Shown piece after piece: positions 18,182-30,467 of a DNA stretch of 64,000 nt (positions are counted from its first letter, which is position 1; each line of letters opens with the position of its first letter). The notes below the pieces were generated by a model. The model was not told where the DNA came from. It worked only from the letters and a program-made list of their open reading frames with translations, and made no database searches. Origin of the DNA: a virus. Location of the stretch: positions 1 through 64,000 of the IMG/VR virus record IMGVR_UViG_3300021139_000005; one strand, written 5' to 3'. The position numbers and the translations under genes were made by a program.

Positions 18182-19936
18182 ATGTTGGTACCGTCGCAAA
18201 TATTAGCTGCCCTTAAACTAAGCAGCGCTGTTGTTTTAAACAATGCAACGGCTCCGTTCAACACGATTCAGACCAGCGATATTACAAACTGGTCTGGTGC
18301 TTTGGGTTTAAATCCTGCAACGGATTCCGCGAAGCTCATATTCAACATAATTAATCCGCTGGGTATTCCGGTCTACACAAACGTAGGCTGGAATACTTCC
18401 AGTTTTGCTGCTCCGGATACAGTGTTCAGCAATACACCTAACCTTACTGGTCCATTGGAGACATTGCCGGTATTGACAGGGAGTCCAACAAATGAGGTTC
18501 TTTCAGGAGCCTATAGCGTGTATGTAATGTTCTCAGTAGTTCAGGGAGGCAATCCTGCGGTTACCGGGGAGGGGGTGTTCACTACAACCATTAACGCTGA
18601 CCTGCTGCTGCCTAATCCTACGATTACTGGCACCTATGCATGCAACACATCTCCTACAACGTTTACCGCTACAGATACCACGGTTCTTGCAACCACTCTT
18701 TATTTATTCTCTTCAGCGGTTCAGAGCATCACAGTAACTCCACCGGTAGTATCGGGTCAAACTCCTACAACTGCGTCAGGAAACACTGTTACAATCAATA
18801 ATTTGTGGGCACCGGCTCCTTATCAGTATAACTCATCAGGAACGATAAACTATACCTTGGGGCTTGATACCTTCGCTGTAAACTATACTCAAAGTGGATA
18901 TACTGATGTTATATGCAACACTGTCCTCTGCGCGATGTACTGCTGGCTTACGCAGATATCTAAGGATTTTGCATGCGAACGTAACGCAACTACTAAGGCG
19001 CTTTTAGAGCAGAGATTGATATTGGGGGATGTATACTATGCTCAGGCACTAAGGGCGCAGGTTTGCGGTGATTCTGGCGGTTTCCAGAGCGCTATTGCAA
19101 TGTTCAACAAGGTTACCTGGTTTGATGGTAACTGCACTTGCTGTGATAACCTCCCTCCAATGCCGGTTATACCTTCAGGTCAGGTTGGTCCAGCGGGTCA
19201 GAATGGTTTGACTCCTATCTTCCAGTTCGCTGGCGGGTGGTTACAATACAAGTATACTACGGGAACACAGCCATGGACGAATCTTTATCAGCCACCGGCA
19301 GGTGTTCCGGGGCCAGCGGGAGCGAACGGATCGAATGGCGCTGCTATTCTTTGGAATGACTTCACTAATTCGGTTAATACCTTAACCACTCCACAACCTG
19401 TTAAAACATATCAGCTTGCCGGGAATACTGTAGTAGGGATTGGGTCGCAGATTCTCATTTTTACGAGAGCAGAGATTATTCAGGCAAACATAATGACCGC
19501 GACAGTAACTTTTGGCGGTTTAACGCTGGCCACAGCTACATTGAATTTGAATACTGGCCAAAATCCTGAAGTATATTTTGAAATTTCTGTTGCAAATACG
19601 GGAGTAGGATTGGGAGAGGTGGTGTTCAAGATTTATACGCTCGATGCGGGAGGAGGAGTGATGCATCAGGTAATATCAGAACCTACCGGAATTGCACCTG
19701 ATTGGACGGTAAACAACAATATACAATTGGTAATTACTGCCGATTCTACAACAGCACCAGGCGGGGCAGTATGCAAGCAATTAACCGTTAAGTTGGAGCA
19801 GATAGGTGTTCCGGGAGCAGGCTTGGCGCCAGCGGGGATATATGCAAACGATGCTGACGCTGCGGCAAATGGTGTTCCTTTAAACGGATGGTATACAACA
19901 GCAGGTAACGGATATTTAACTCAAAGACTCACCTAA
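18182..19936 (+). CDS. Virion structural protein (T/N-rich beta domains, Cys cluster, short collagen motifs)
   Basis: CTCCD, GPAGQNG; likely start ATG 18182. Confidence 0.65.
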   Translation: MLVPSQILAALKLSSAVVLNNATAPFNTIQTSDITNWSGALGLNPATDSAKLIFNIINPLGIPVYTNVGWNTSSFAAPDTVFSNTPNLTGPLETLPVLTGSPTNEVLSGAYSVYVMFSVVQGGNPAVTGEGVFTTTINADLLLPNPTITGTYACNTSPTTFTATDTTVLATTLYLFSSAVQSITVTPPVVSGQTPTTASGNTVTINNLWAPAPYQYNSSGTINYTLGLDTFAVNYTQSGYTDVICNTVLCAMYCWLTQISKDFACERNATTKALLEQRLILGDVYYAQALRAQVCGDSGGFQSAIAMFNKVTWFDGNCTCCDNLPPMPVIPSGQVGPAGQNGLTPIFQFAGGWLQYKYTTGTQPWTNLYQPPAGVPGPAGANGSNGAAILWNDFTNSVNTLTTPQPVKTYQLAGNTVVGIGSQILIFTRAEIIQANIMTATVTFGGLTLATATLNLNTGQNPEVYFEISVANTGVGLGEVVFKIYTLDAGGGVMHQVISEPTGIAPDWTVNNNIQLVITADSTTAPGGAVCKQLTVKLEQIGVPGAGLAPAGIYANDADAAANGVPLNGWYTTAGNGYLTQRLT

Positions 19937-21462
19937 TGAAAAAGCTAATTTTCATCTCTTTACTCTTGATGGTAAGAGTATTTGTCAGTGCTCAATATCC
20001 TAATGCAATACCTGGGAAGGGAATCATTGTAAGCCGGTATGATACTTTAAGACAGTCAACTATTGCAGATAGCTTTCATACGGTTGGGCAGGTAATGACC
20101 TGTATCGATAAGTATGGAGACTTGGTGCTTAAACCGGCTAGTGGTGGTGGCGTAACTGGTCCAACAGGAGCAACAGGAACAGGAGCAACAGGTCCAACAG
20201 GACCAGCAGGAGGGCCAACGGGACCAAGTGGTGGAACCGGAGCAACGGGTCCAAGTGGCGGTCCGGTAGGGCCAACAGGATTAGCAGGCCCAACAGGCGC
20301 GGTAGGTGCAACGGGCATTGCGGGTGCAACCGGTCCAACAGGAAGTATATCAGGAGCATGGTCATTAACAGGAAACGCAGGCACAACACCGGGAACAAAC
20401 TTTATTGGAACGACCGATGGACAAGATTTAGAATTTAAGGTTCATAGTAACTTTGCGGGAATCATAGACCAAGCGAGTTCTAATACATCTATCGGGTATT
20501 CATCTAATAGCAACAACGGGTCAACTTCTACTGCCATTGGGTATGCCGCTATGCTATATCAAAACTTAACGGCATCAAATAATGTGGGCATTGGTAATCT
20601 TGCGCTAGAATCGGCAGCGGGTTCATCATATAATGTGGCTATTGGTTCTAGGGCAATGGTAAATACTAGCAACGGACAAAGAAACGTTGCAATAGGGTAT
20701 CAAGCAGGACAGCAAATATCCACCGGGCAAAGCAACGTAGCGATTGGGTATGGGGTAATGCAACAGTCATTTGCGGGTTCTTATAACGTGGCGATAGGTG
20801 CAAACAACCTACCGTATTGCAATGGATGTAATCAGAATACATCATTAGGTCTAGGCGCATTAAATAGTGTTGCAAATGGCACTCTTAATACCGGTGTAGG
20901 ATATGGTGCAGATATTGTAGGTAATGGGCAAACAGAATCTACTGCGATAGGAGCAGAGGCTGTTGTTGGTGAAAGTTACGCAATCTCATTAGGCGATACA
21001 ACAAACTCTTTGCAGGTAGGTATAGGAACAGCTTATCCACAAGCGTTACTTGACCTGGAAGTTGGTTCGGCTCAATCAGGAGAGGTAGGGTTTAGGTTAC
21101 ACGATGGGACACAGGGAACGGGCAAGGTGCTCACTTCAGATGCAAATGGTAATGCCTCATGGGTATCATCCCCATCCTTAAATGCCCAAATCGATACCGT
21201 CACTAATCTTACCGGCTCAACTCTAACCCTAACCAAAAACGTATTCAATATCGTTACGAGCGCATCACAGATTTTATCTATAACGCTTGCTTTGCCGGCA
21301 GGAGTAACGGGGGATGCTATAGGTGTTCAGCTTATTTACGCGACAGCTAACCTGATAGCAATAAGTGGCGCAAATACGGGAACGATTTCAACGATACAGC
21401 ACACAAACGTAAAAAACGGGTATCAAATTATTTTACATAACATCAACGGAAACTGGTATTGA
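19936..21462 (+). CDS. Collagen-like / beta-helix fibre protein with N-terminal signal peptide
   Basis: GPT/GAT triplets, [14 protein letters not shown] repeats, [14 protein letters not shown]; [19 protein letters not shown]|Q. Confidence 0.75.
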   Translation: MKKLIFISLLLMVRVFVSAQYPNAIPGKGIIVSRYDTLRQSTIADSFHTVGQVMTCIDKYGDLVLKPASGGGVTGPTGATGTGATGPTGPAGGPTGPSGGTGATGPSGGPVGPTGLAGPTGAVGATGIAGATGPTGSISGAWSLTGNAGTTPGTNFIGTTDGQDLEFKVHSNFAGIIDQASSNTSIGYSSNSNNGSTSTAIGYAAMLYQNLTASNNVGIGNLALESAAGSSYNVAIGSRAMVNTSNGQRNVAIGYQAGQQISTGQSNVAIGYGVMQQSFAGSYNVAIGANNLPYCNGCNQNTSLGLGALNSVANGTLNTGVGYGADIVGNGQTESTAIGAEAVVGESYAISLGDTTNSLQVGIGTAYPQALLDLEVGSAQSGEVGFRLHDGTQGTGKVLTSDANGNASWVSSPSLNAQIDTVTNLTGSTLTLTKNVFNIVTSASQILSITLALPAGVTGDAIGVQLIYATANLIAISGANTGTISTIQHTNVKNGYQIILHNINGNWY

Positions 21463-21463
21463 C

Positions 21464-22918
21464 ATGCGAACACTAACTTTTATCATCGCCCTTCTATTTG
21501 ACCTTGCCGTTTACGCGCAGGGCACTGTTTTTATGGTACCTGCCATACCGAGTGGAGGTCAGGTGTATCCAATGGATAGCACAGCGTCTCCATCAGCGGT
21601 ATACGTTGGAACCGGTAATGCAGCGGTGAACCTGGGAAGCAACAGTTATTCGTTGCAGTTCAATGGAACACCACCGTCAGGGACACAGTTTATTTGCCGT
21701 TTCGATGCGACACAGTTAACGGCGGTGGCAGCGAATGTTTCGATATTCGGTTTAACTCCATTGGTAGACTATCCTAATCAGGGTGTTTACTACATCAGAT
21801 ATTTGGTATCAGGAACAAGACCCAACAATAAGACGGTGTATGTAAGTTATACAAGCAGCATGGTACAGTTGCAGAATGTCAATGGAACGGTAACTTTTAA
21901 TGGTGGCGTTTATAGCAACGATAGCCTTGTGGCAAAACGGTTCAGGTTGAGTCCACAGACATCATTAACACCTGGCAATGCAATAATCAACGGAGATAGT
22001 TCAGGAAATACAAAGTGGGGGTGTCCGGCATGCTCATGGGGCGTTCTTGGAAACACAGGGTTAAATGGCTCAATTAATTTTTGGGGAACCACAGATACGT
22101 CCAGCTTGAGTATCAGACTGAATAATCTACCGGCAGGAATTCTCAGCTACAATAACCTTAATAGTGCTATTGGGATAGCTTCTCTTTATCAAAATACATC
22201 TGGTACTAACAATACGGCATTTGGTGCAGACGCGCTAAAGTCTGTGACATCTGGATCGAATAACACTGGATTAGGTTATAATACCTTGGCACTTACATCA
22301 ACTGGTGGGAATAATACTGGAGTAGGAGCGACATCTTTAAGTGGGCTAACTACAGGCAGTTACAATATTGGAATTGGAGCAACATCAACACAGGCCAGCA
22401 ATACGCAATATAGTGTTGCAATTGGTCAGGGAACAACTGCAGCAAGCTATAGCATGGCTTTAGGTCCAAATGCGATTGCACAGAGTCAGAATCAGCTTGC
22501 TTTAAGCCCGAACTATCAGAATATATTATGGCAAGGCCACCCATCGGCAATAAACTATTTCCTTGGTGATTCAACAGGAAGTGGTAACCTTGTTCTAATG
22601 GCATTACCAGGTAGTGGGGAAACATACTTTACCCCCGTTACCGGCGATAGCATTCTACCTCTGACTCAGGATATCGGAGTTAATCCCGCTGGAACATTGG
22701 CCAATCTTACCATCATTATGCCGGCGCTGTCATCTGGTATTACCAAGATTGCAATCAGCACCAGCCAGGTAATTACGAGCCTTCACTACAGCGTAATACT
22801 TGAGGCGGGAAGCACAGTAAGTCCTAACGCTCCTGCATCTATTTTAACTGTTACCGGAGGTCAGGGTGTAGTGCATCTAAAGTATCAGCCGAACACCTCA
22901 AGCTGGCAACCGTATTAA
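21464..22918 (+). CDS. Fibre-like protein with NTxxG repeats and signal peptide
   Basis: NNTAFG/NNTGLG repeats; MRTLTFIIALLFDLAVYA|Q. Confidence 0.7.
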   Translation: MRTLTFIIALLFDLAVYAQGTVFMVPAIPSGGQVYPMDSTASPSAVYVGTGNAAVNLGSNSYSLQFNGTPPSGTQFICRFDATQLTAVAANVSIFGLTPLVDYPNQGVYYIRYLVSGTRPNNKTVYVSYTSSMVQLQNVNGTVTFNGGVYSNDSLVAKRFRLSPQTSLTPGNAIINGDSSGNTKWGCPACSWGVLGNTGLNGSINFWGTTDTSSLSIRLNNLPAGILSYNNLNSAIGIASLYQNTSGTNNTAFGADALKSVTSGSNNTGLGYNTLALTSTGGNNTGVGATSLSGLTTGSYNIGIGATSTQASNTQYSVAIGQGTTAASYSMALGPNAIAQSQNQLALSPNYQNILWQGHPSAINYFLGDSTGSGNLVLMALPGSGETYFTPVTGDSILPLTQDIGVNPAGTLANLTIIMPALSSGITKIAISTSQVITSLHYSVILEAGSTVSPNAPASILTVTGGQGVVHLKYQPNTSSWQPY

Positions 22919-22936
22919 TTTTGATACCTTTGAACC

Positions 22937-23650
22937 ATGGACGTAAATCAGCTTTGGTTATGGATGCAATTTTTAACCAAAAAATTACTTTCTGGTGAGA
23001 TTCAGCCTGATGCATTCAATCTCGCGCTGAATGCGGTTAACATCGACTTCTTCAATTTAAAGTGTGGTCTTCCACAGGAGTATCAGCCTAATCATCCAAT
23101 GCCAAGGCAAGCGTATGAGGTTAGCACCAGGATAACTGATGATATTCAGCACCTTCGTAAGAGAGCAACCATTGCAAATAATGGGTTCAACATTTATACC
23201 ATCCCAACAGATTACGGAGCCTTTTCTTCTATGAGATACCCAAGGTATATTCAGAAGAGAGGTGTACAGAGCATTGATTGGAGAACGATTGATATCCTGA
23301 CCGATGAGGATTACAACGAACGGTTGGAGTCAAATTTATTGCCTATTACCGCAAAGAGTCCTTTTGGATGCTACGTTCAGACGGTTAGTGGAACTGGTTG
23401 GGAGGTTCCGTTGTCAGACATTACCACTATTCAATTAACCTATCTGAGATTACCGAATACACCGGTATTTGGGTATAACATGGTTAACGATGAGCCGGTT
23501 TATGTTCCTGCAGCGTCAACACAACTTGATTGGCCGGTAACCTGTCATCAGGACTTCGTGATTGCACTGTGCAGGTATGTCGGTATCTACCTCAATGCTC
23601 CTGAGATATTGCAGATGCTTGGAGCCAGGGCACAGTCAGGACAGGCCTAA
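22937..23650 (+). CDS. Tail ring/tubular protein (crAss-like)
   Basis: PDAFNLALN, LTYLRLPNTPVFGY, STQLDWP. Confidence 0.65.
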   Translation: MDVNQLWLWMQFLTKKLLSGEIQPDAFNLALNAVNIDFFNLKCGLPQEYQPNHPMPRQAYEVSTRITDDIQHLRKRATIANNGFNIYTIPTDYGAFSSMRYPRYIQKRGVQSIDWRTIDILTDEDYNERLESNLLPITAKSPFGCYVQTVSGTGWEVPLSDITTIQLTYLRLPNTPVFGYNMVNDEPVYVPAASTQLDWPVTCHQDFVIALCRYVGIYLNAPEILQMLGARAQSGQA

Positions 23651-23674
23651 TAAACTTAGCCTTATATTTGAGCC

Positions 23675-24280
23675 ATGGAAATAGAGAAATACGCAGAACT
23701 CGCTACCAGGGCACTCGGTTTCAACAATAATGAGCGTATTGAGGAGAGGGATGTGCTGGGTATCGCGGAGGTGGTTCTCGGAGAACTGATCAAGGAGATG
23801 CTGAGCAATGGAGGCGGTTTGACTGCTGAGTATTACCACCGGTTCACATCAACATTGGAGTTCGATACTCAAATGAAGCTCCCTTTCATCTACAAGCCAT
23901 GCGACATTTTAAACCTTCCAAAGCATCAGTCTTATCGTTACGTTGGTACAGGTGATATTGAGAACTCGTTCATCCCGATGACATGGGGTGAGATAGCAAC
24001 CTACAGCCGGTTAGAGGCTGGTCAGGCAGGCGGCAGAACAGTATTTGCTCCGCTGGGTGACAAGATTTACTTCCGCTACATGCAGGAGCCAAAGCCTTGT
24101 GAGATTGTTACTATGATAGTTCCTTCATTGCTGTGGCTGTATGATAACCGCGATAACGTAAACTTCGTTGGAACCACTGATGTGGAGGGTGTTCTGTTTG
24201 ACCAGGTGTTGCAGAAGCTGCAGTTACGCAAACAGATGCCGGTAGACAATTACAATAACAATAGCCCCGATAACAAATGA
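23675..24280 (+). CDS. Tail ring-like structural protein
   Basis: Position in tail cluster; C-terminal MPVDNYNN. Confidence 0.55.
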   Translation: MEIEKYAELATRALGFNNNERIEERDVLGIAEVVLGELIKEMLSNGGGLTAEYYHRFTSTLEFDTQMKLPFIYKPCDILNLPKHQSYRYVGTGDIENSFIPMTWGEIATYSRLEAGQAGGRTVFAPLGDKIYFRYMQEPKPCEIVTMIVPSLLWLYDNRDNVNFVGTTDVEGVLFDQVLQKLQLRKQMPVDNYNNNSPDNK

Positions 24281-25224
24281 GACACGAAGAAGAAAAAGCC
24301 GGTGTTTGGTTAAAGGACCTGTGGTATGTTGTAGAGTCTGTAAAGGCGAACTTCGGCATAGACTCAACCTCTTTTGACATCAAGTTCTTCAAGTGGGCCA
24401 TGGATGTTTACCGGGATATGAGTCTTGCTAACGTGATGAAGTCTGCATCCAGGACGATCCACATCCCTATTCCAAAGTACTATTTCGAAGATGAGAATCA
24501 GCAGGAGCCGGCAGTTTGGCCGCCAGTAGGGCCACCACAGGGTTACCATGTAAAGAGGCAGCATAAAAAGATCAGGATTCAATTACCGGTAGACTTTATC
24601 GATTACCAGCAGGTTGGTATCGATTGCCATGGCTATATCCAGCCCTTAGATTACAATGAAAGGATAATAACCACAGAGATGCCCGTAAGCAACTGCTGTG
24701 GGGACGAACTGGAGCAACAACTGGAAAGAGACCGGCTGTGCAACTGCGGGGGAGAAAGTCCTCACGGTGGTTTCATAGGTGACGGATATTACGATTGGGG
24801 TTTCAGTCCTTTCTGGAAGAACGGTCAATTTGTTGGAGGGGCCTATGGCCGGTCAGCGTATCGTTACAAGGGAGCCTTCACAATCGATTGGGATACCAGG
24901 GAGATTGTTCTGGATAGGTGCACACATCCTCGCCACGGCATCGTCCTGACGTATTTAAGCAACGGAATAGGCGAAGGCAATGTCAACATACAGAACGGAA
25001 CAGAAGATGCGCTAATTGCAGGCGTAGAGGCTAAGAAGGCATATTACGAGTTCCAGGCAAAGCCTGCAAGGGAGCAGGGAAAGGTAGGGATGGCTTTTGT
25101 TTCCTTGGCTGATAAGAAATATCACAAACACGTTAAGAGGGTAAATGCCAGAAAAATGGCCATGACCACGGATGAAATCCGAAATGCATGGAATCGTTCC
25201 ATCAAGCAGTCTCCTAAACGATAG
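24277..25224 (+). CDS. Tail ring-like structural protein
   Basis: LPVDFIDYQQVG, IVLTYLSNG. Confidence 0.6.
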   Translation: MRHEEEKAGVWLKDLWYVVESVKANFGIDSTSFDIKFFKWAMDVYRDMSLANVMKSASRTIHIPIPKYYFEDENQQEPAVWPPVGPPQGYHVKRQHKKIRIQLPVDFIDYQQVGIDCHGYIQPLDYNERIITTEMPVSNCCGDELEQQLERDRLCNCGGESPHGGFIGDGYYDWGFSPFWKNGQFVGGAYGRSAYRYKGAFTIDWDTREIVLDRCTHPRHGIVLTYLSNGIGEGNVNIQNGTEDALIAGVEAKKAYYEFQAKPAREQGKVGMAFVSLADKKYHKHVKRVNARKMAMTTDEIRNAWNRSIKQSPKR

Positions 25225-25252
25225 TAGTATATTTGGGGCATAAAATCCCAAT

Positions 25253-28200
25253 ATGGCTGACAATCCTTCGATTAAGTTAATCTCCATAGGAGGCTTGGAC
25301 CTAGATTCTGATCCATCTAAAATAGCCAACACCGACTACCTCATCGCGTATAACATGCGTAACAGCATCAGTTATGGCAATCAACAGGAGGTTCCGTGTA
25401 ACATGAACGGGAACGAACTGGTCGCTTATACACTTGGGAACGCCACCTATCAGTGCCTTGGTAGCCTGGAGGACAAACAGAACAGCATCTTTTACTTCGT
25501 ATGGGCATCTGACGGTAAGCACAGGGTCCTCAGATATTACCCTGGTAATGTGAGTGTGAACCCGCTGGGTGAGATACAACTGGTCTATGAATACAACTTT
25601 GGATGGTCTCAATATGAGAGAATCACCGGCATTGATTTTGTAAACGAGCAGTTGCTGTATTGGGTGGATAGCGTAAAGCCTCGCAAAATAGATGTGGTTA
25701 AGGGTAATACCACTAACAAATTCAAGACATGGGACATCACCATGCCGGTTAACGCATCAGGAGCCTATGGGTTCGTTATAGATGCGGTAAACCTCAACAC
25801 CGGAGCGATTACATCTCAGATAGTAAATATCAGCGGAACCAACAGGGAGGCGATACTTCAGGCGCTGGCCACGGCCATCAATACCCAGGGACTTCAGAAT
25901 ATATTCAACGCTGAGGCCTGCAGTTGCAGTGTAACCCTTACGGAGAAGGTGGCAAATACCTACAACGTTATCTTCTCGCTGCCTGATTTTAAGGTAGTAC
26001 CACTGAATTGGTATGGGGTAAACCTGATTGACCGGTTCAGCGATGCATGCAAGTATCCCAACCAATATCCACCGCTGGTAACATACATACAGGATGCAAC
26101 GAAAAACTTCAACTTCGTAAAGGGGCACGTATTTCAATTCAGGACTGAGTATATCTTCGACAACTACGAGCAGAGCGTTCTGAGCCCTATTTCGAATATC
26201 GCGGTGAATAATCTGAACTGCGATGGAACAAACAATATCCTGTACAATGCCATCGAGGTAAACTTCAACGATTCGCTTCTTCTTGATCCAAACACATGGG
26301 TATTGGTAAAGAAGGTCAATGTGATGGTCCGGGAATTAAACACCGGTAATTGGCTCCAAATTAACCAACTTGACTACTGTGACTTCATCTACCAGGTAGG
26401 CCTGAATACAGTTTGTAAGTGCGACTTCTACAACAATGAGCTGCCGCTATCTGTACCACAGGTGCTGGCTGGTCAAAATTTCGATAACCTTCCAATAAAG
26501 GCAAATGCTCAGAAGTTTGCCAGTAACCAGCTTGCTTATGGTGGGATTACGGAGAACTATACAGGACCGGACTGCGTGGAGGCTGACTATCGCATCACAA
26601 TAGGGCCAACTCCAGACAAAAAACTGTATAAAGTTACTTTCAAAATACGGGTATTATCAATTCCACTATTTCCCGGCCCAACAGGAAACACAGAAAACCT
26701 ACCTAGTCTTTATCCATTTTTCAACACATCTCCATTTTGGAACCCATCTGACAATAACCTAAATTATACTATCCAAAGGGGGATTATAGGGCATGACACC
26801 AGTAGAAATACACCATTTCAACAGTTTTATGGTGGGGGTGGGTTTAGTGGTAATAATGCGAACGATTTTGGGATAAGATCCGGAATGGAAACAACATGGG
26901 ATCAGAGAATACCAATGGGAGGGTGGCCAATCTACCTAGCAGGAACTCCTTTTTACGGAATATCTAGGCAAGTGAATATAAATCTTCCAATTGATGGCAC
27001 CGGGGCATTAGACACCTCTACGGCAGCTTTTCGGCAGGCAATAGGCGCATATCTATTGTCTGGTGGTGATGTGTTCAGTGAGGTGACCATGCTTGTTCCC
27101 GAGGGGGAATACATAGCAAGAGCAGCAAGCCACTGGTGTGGGATAAATGACCCATTAGGTAAGGGGTTTCTTTATGATTTGAATGGTACAGCATGGCAGA
27201 AGACTTCGGCAAACGTATGGGGGGTATATGCCCCTGGGAGTGGAACTCAGCCAATGTTTACACCCAATTCTTGGCAGTTTACCAAAGAAATAAAAATTGT
27301 AGTTACTGGGGATATGCCAGATGCGGGAACATTCTTAATAGCGGACCTTGCGCCACCATTTTTTGTAGACCCCACACCGGGAACAGGTACAACTACTTGG
27401 ATGCCAATCAACGCATATCTGTATGATTCTAATAATAATGGTGCAGTTGATACCGATGTAAATGATATTCAGTTTAATGGAATTCCGGTAGAGAAGACCA
27501 TCATTGAGTATGTTGGAACCAATGCACCTGACGGAACATTTGATCCAGCAGACGCAATATTTAATTCATGCACTACTGACGCTAATGGCTACTGGTTCGG
27601 GATAAGTCCTAAGCAACCAATCAATAATGCGGTACCGCCATTTGACAGCCATAATGCTGTTGGATTAGCAGGTCAGTTTTCTTTCAGGGCCCTGCAGATA
27701 AACAGCAATATTATATCCAATACAACTTTATTTTGGAATGGTTCTTTGTCGGCCATGATTACCAAAACTATGTCTCCGATAGACTTTAACTTGGCGGTAT
27801 CAAACTCATTGGTTTTTGGGGTTCTAACTACAACAAACGGAACAGGAAGAACATCCTGCGCTGCAACTATAAAGGGCAGTGTATTTAATTTGCTAAACCA
27901 ACCTCTTCCTGGGATTGCAGTTATTTACCAAAACGGGGCCACAGGATATACCAACACAAACGGGGCATTTGAACTATTATCCTGGGGAGATCAGGTAACT
28001 CCAAACATAAATATATTCAAGTTCCTAAATCGTGCCTTTGCAAGCGGCACAGGAAGGACCGTTGATGTACTTCTATATCAGGCAAACCCTCTTTGTATAA
28101 CGGCCTATCCGAACGGCCATGAGTCTGTTGCCCTGAATGTTAATCCCATTAATACGAACCCATCATTACTTCAGGGACCTCCTTACTCAGAGACAGCGTT

Positions 28201-30454
28201 TTTCCTTGCGCTTGACTTTACAATTGATGAGTCTGCGCTTGGGACAATAATTGCCCGGAAAAGAGGTGGGAAGTATATCGACGGAGTTGCCTACTATGAC
28301 GCTGCAGGTAGAGAGACTGCTGTTAGTAAAATGTACGAAATATACATTCCGTTCGAAACAGAAGACCTGAGCTTATTTCCTAAAGTAGTTCAGGGAAATG
28401 GGTTACCCTACCCACCGGGAAGTTATGTGGGCGGTATCCCAACTATCGAATGGTTTATCACATCAGCACCACCAGAATTTGCTGTAACATACCAAATATT
28501 AAGAACACTTAACAGTGCACAAGGGAGATACCTTCAATGGGCAGTGAACTCTGTTCAATATTTAAGCAAGACCTCTTACATATCCGGATCCATTAATGAG
28601 CCTCAGATTAATACATCATATGGAAATGATGATGCTGTGGCCATTGATTTGAGCCTTGAAAATATCTCTGAGTATAATAGAGTCTATCCTCAAAGCGATA
28701 TAGCATATTCACCAATGAAGGGAGATCGGCTGAGGTTGATATACGACAGTAATGTAAAACTTATTGATGGGCTGTATGACTTTGAGGTGTTGGGAGCAAA
28801 TCAAGCGGGAACAGGGATAATCATTGCATCGCAACTAATCCCATTTGAAATAAAGCCTGGTTTTTTGGTAGAGATTTATAATGCAAAAAGTCTACTAACG
28901 ACAACTCAGCAAATATTTTATGAAACAGGAAATGTGTTCCCATGTACAAACCCAGGACAACCAAATAATCAGCATAGTCAAACGAGTGGATTTTTTGCTG
29001 ACGGAGATACATACTGGAGGGGTAGACTGATTGTGGTGGACGATCCAATTTCTGGATTCGCTGCGGCACTACCATTGGTTGTAGAAGATGCCAGCGTAAG
29101 TGATTTTTACTTATCGTTAGCCGAGGACATAGGTAGATTAAACAAAATAGACCCCTTCCTCATTCAGATATACAAATACACGGCCATCAGGGTGTCGAAC
29201 AGCTTTGTTCCTGATAGCCAGATCAACGGGCTCAGTGCCTTTCAGAACGTTGACGATATTCAGCTTGACATGGCGTTTGGGCCTATCATGAGACTGATAG
29301 CAACAGGATTTGTGCTTGGTGCCGTATGCCAGAATAAGTTCGTATCAAATTACCTGGGGGCAACACAGGGTGCCAAGCCTGACGGAACCCTGCAAATAGC
29401 ATCACAACAAGGTTTTGTAGGAGACTCAAGGCCACTGTTGGGGGACTATGGCACTCAGCATCCGGCCACAATAATTGAGAAGGATGGCCACGGATGGGGA
29501 GCAGACTTTCAGAGGGGTATTGTGTGGGAATACTCAGACAATGGGTTAGAGGAACTGCAGAAATTGAAGGTTCGTAACTTCTTCCGTCAGTTCATGATAT
29601 CGGGGGTATGGGATGCTCATGCCGGGTATGATGCATTCTACGGCGAGTATATCCTGACTGCATGGGTAAACGACAATGACTCAGCAACTTTCTTTTCAAA
29701 GAATGCAAGCATTTATGGTTTCCACGTTACAGACCCTGCGGGATATAGTGTGGGAGAATTGGTTCAAATAACTTTTGTCAATCAGGCTACGCAACAGACC
29801 GTAACTCTGAGCCTACCAATACTGATCCTCAGCCAATCTGATATCTACTTCAACTTTGGCACAGATAATTACACCTTTAGCGCAGGAGAAGCGGTATCGT
29901 TTGTATCAAAGGGACAAGGGTATACTATCGCATTCCAAAAGGACAAGCGCCGGTGGACAACGTTCTACAACTTCTGGCAGGACTCGATGTGTGGTGTAGG
30001 TATGAACTTCGTTACATGGAAATCGGGTCAGTTGTACCTGCATGACAGGGGACCGATAAACACATTCAACGGGGTATACTATCCTTGGTTACTAAATGTT
30101 GTAGCAACCCAATTCCAACTTCAGAGCCAGCCAATTAAGGTTTGGACCGCTATGTATATCCAGCAGCTTGAGGGAGCAACAGACACGTTGTTTAACTGGT
30201 CTATACCGGTAATAACAAACGAGAAGGGGCAGCTATCCAGGTTGATTAAAACCTTGTTCCAAAGGCTTGAGCAGTGGTGGCATACCGCGATGAAGAAGGA
30301 CCTGAATACTACCTCGGTTACCAATCCTATCGTCAATGGCCGGGAAATGCGTTCACAGACACTTACACTCAACATGATCAACGACTCAACCAACCGCGTA
30401 GAACTGCGGGAAGTGAACGTTGTATACCAAGACTCAGTGGGAAATACGAAATAG
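25253..30454 (+). CDS. Tail stabilisation / muzzle protein with large central insertion
   Basis: GGLDLDSDP..YLIAYNMR, LLYWVD..PRKID, FQFRTEYIFDNYEQSVLSP, RWTTFYNF, NGREMRS. Confidence 0.75.
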   Translation: MADNPSIKLISIGGLDLDSDPSKIANTDYLIAYNMRNSISYGNQQEVPCNMNGNELVAYTLGNATYQCLGSLEDKQNSIFYFVWASDGKHRVLRYYPGNVSVNPLGEIQLVYEYNFGWSQYERITGIDFVNEQLLYWVDSVKPRKIDVVKGNTTNKFKTWDITMPVNASGAYGFVIDAVNLNTGAITSQIVNISGTNREAILQALATAINTQGLQNIFNAEACSCSVTLTEKVANTYNVIFSLPDFKVVPLNWYGVNLIDRFSDACKYPNQYPPLVTYIQDATKNFNFVKGHVFQFRTEYIFDNYEQSVLSPISNIAVNNLNCDGTNNILYNAIEVNFNDSLLLDPNTWVLVKKVNVMVRELNTGNWLQINQLDYCDFIYQVGLNTVCKCDFYNNELPLSVPQVLAGQNFDNLPIKANAQKFASNQLAYGGITENYTGPDCVEADYRITIGPTPDKKLYKVTFKIRVLSIPLFPGPTGNTENLPSLYPFFNTSPFWNPSDNNLNYTIQRGIIGHDTSRNTPFQQFYGGGGFSGNNANDFGIRSGMETTWDQRIPMGGWPIYLAGTPFYGISRQVNINLPIDGTGALDTSTAAFRQAIGAYLLSGGDVFSEVTMLVPEGEYIARAASHWCGINDPLGKGFLYDLNGTAWQKTSANVWGVYAPGSGTQPMFTPNSWQFTKEIKIVVTGDMPDAGTFLIADLAPPFFVDPTPGTGTTTWMPINAYLYDSNNNGAVDTDVNDIQFNGIPVEKTIIEYVGTNAPDGTFDPADAIFNSCTTDANGYWFGISPKQPINNAVPPFDSHNAVGLAGQFSFRALQINSNIISNTTLFWNGSLSAMITKTMSPIDFNLAVSNSLVFGVLTTTNGTGRTSCAATIKGSVFNLLNQPLPGIAVIYQNGATGYTNTNGAFELLSWGDQVTPNINIFKFLNRAFASGTGRTVDVLLYQANPLCITAYPNGHESVALNVNPINTNPSLLQGPPYSETAFFLALDFTIDESALGTIIARKRGGKYIDGVAYYDAAGRETAVSKMYEIYIPFETEDLSLFPKVVQGNGLPYPPGSYVGGIPTIEWFITSAPPEFAVTYQILRTLNSAQGRYLQWAVNSVQYLSKTSYISGSINEPQINTSYGNDDAVAIDLSLENISEYNRVYPQSDIAYSPMKGDRLRLIYDSNVKLIDGLYDFEVLGANQAGTGIIIASQLIPFEIKPGFLVEIYNAKSLLTTTQQIFYETGNVFPCTNPGQPNNQHSQTSGFFADGDTYWRGRLIVVDDPISGFAAALPLVVEDASVSDFYLSLAEDIGRLNKIDPFLIQIYKYTAIRVSNSFVPDSQINGLSAFQNVDDIQLDMAFGPIMRLIATGFVLGAVCQNKFVSNYLGATQGAKPDGTLQIASQQGFVGDSRPLLGDYGTQHPATIIEKDGHGWGADFQRGIVWEYSDNGLEELQKLKVRNFFRQFMISGVWDAHAGYDAFYGEYILTAWVNDNDSATFFSKNASIYGFHVTDPAGYSVGELVQITFVNQATQQTVTLSLPILILSQSDIYFNFGTDNYTFSAGEAVSFVSKGQGYTIAFQKDKRRWTTFYNFWQDSMCGVGMNFVTWKSGQLYLHDRGPINTFNGVYYPWLLNVVATQFQLQSQPIKVWTAMYIQQLEGATDTLFNWSIPVITNEKGQLSRLIKTLFQRLEQWWHTAMKKDLNTTSVTNPIVNGREMRSQTLTLNMINDSTNRVELREVNVVYQDSVGNTK

Positions 30455-30467
30455 TTAACTTTGGGCC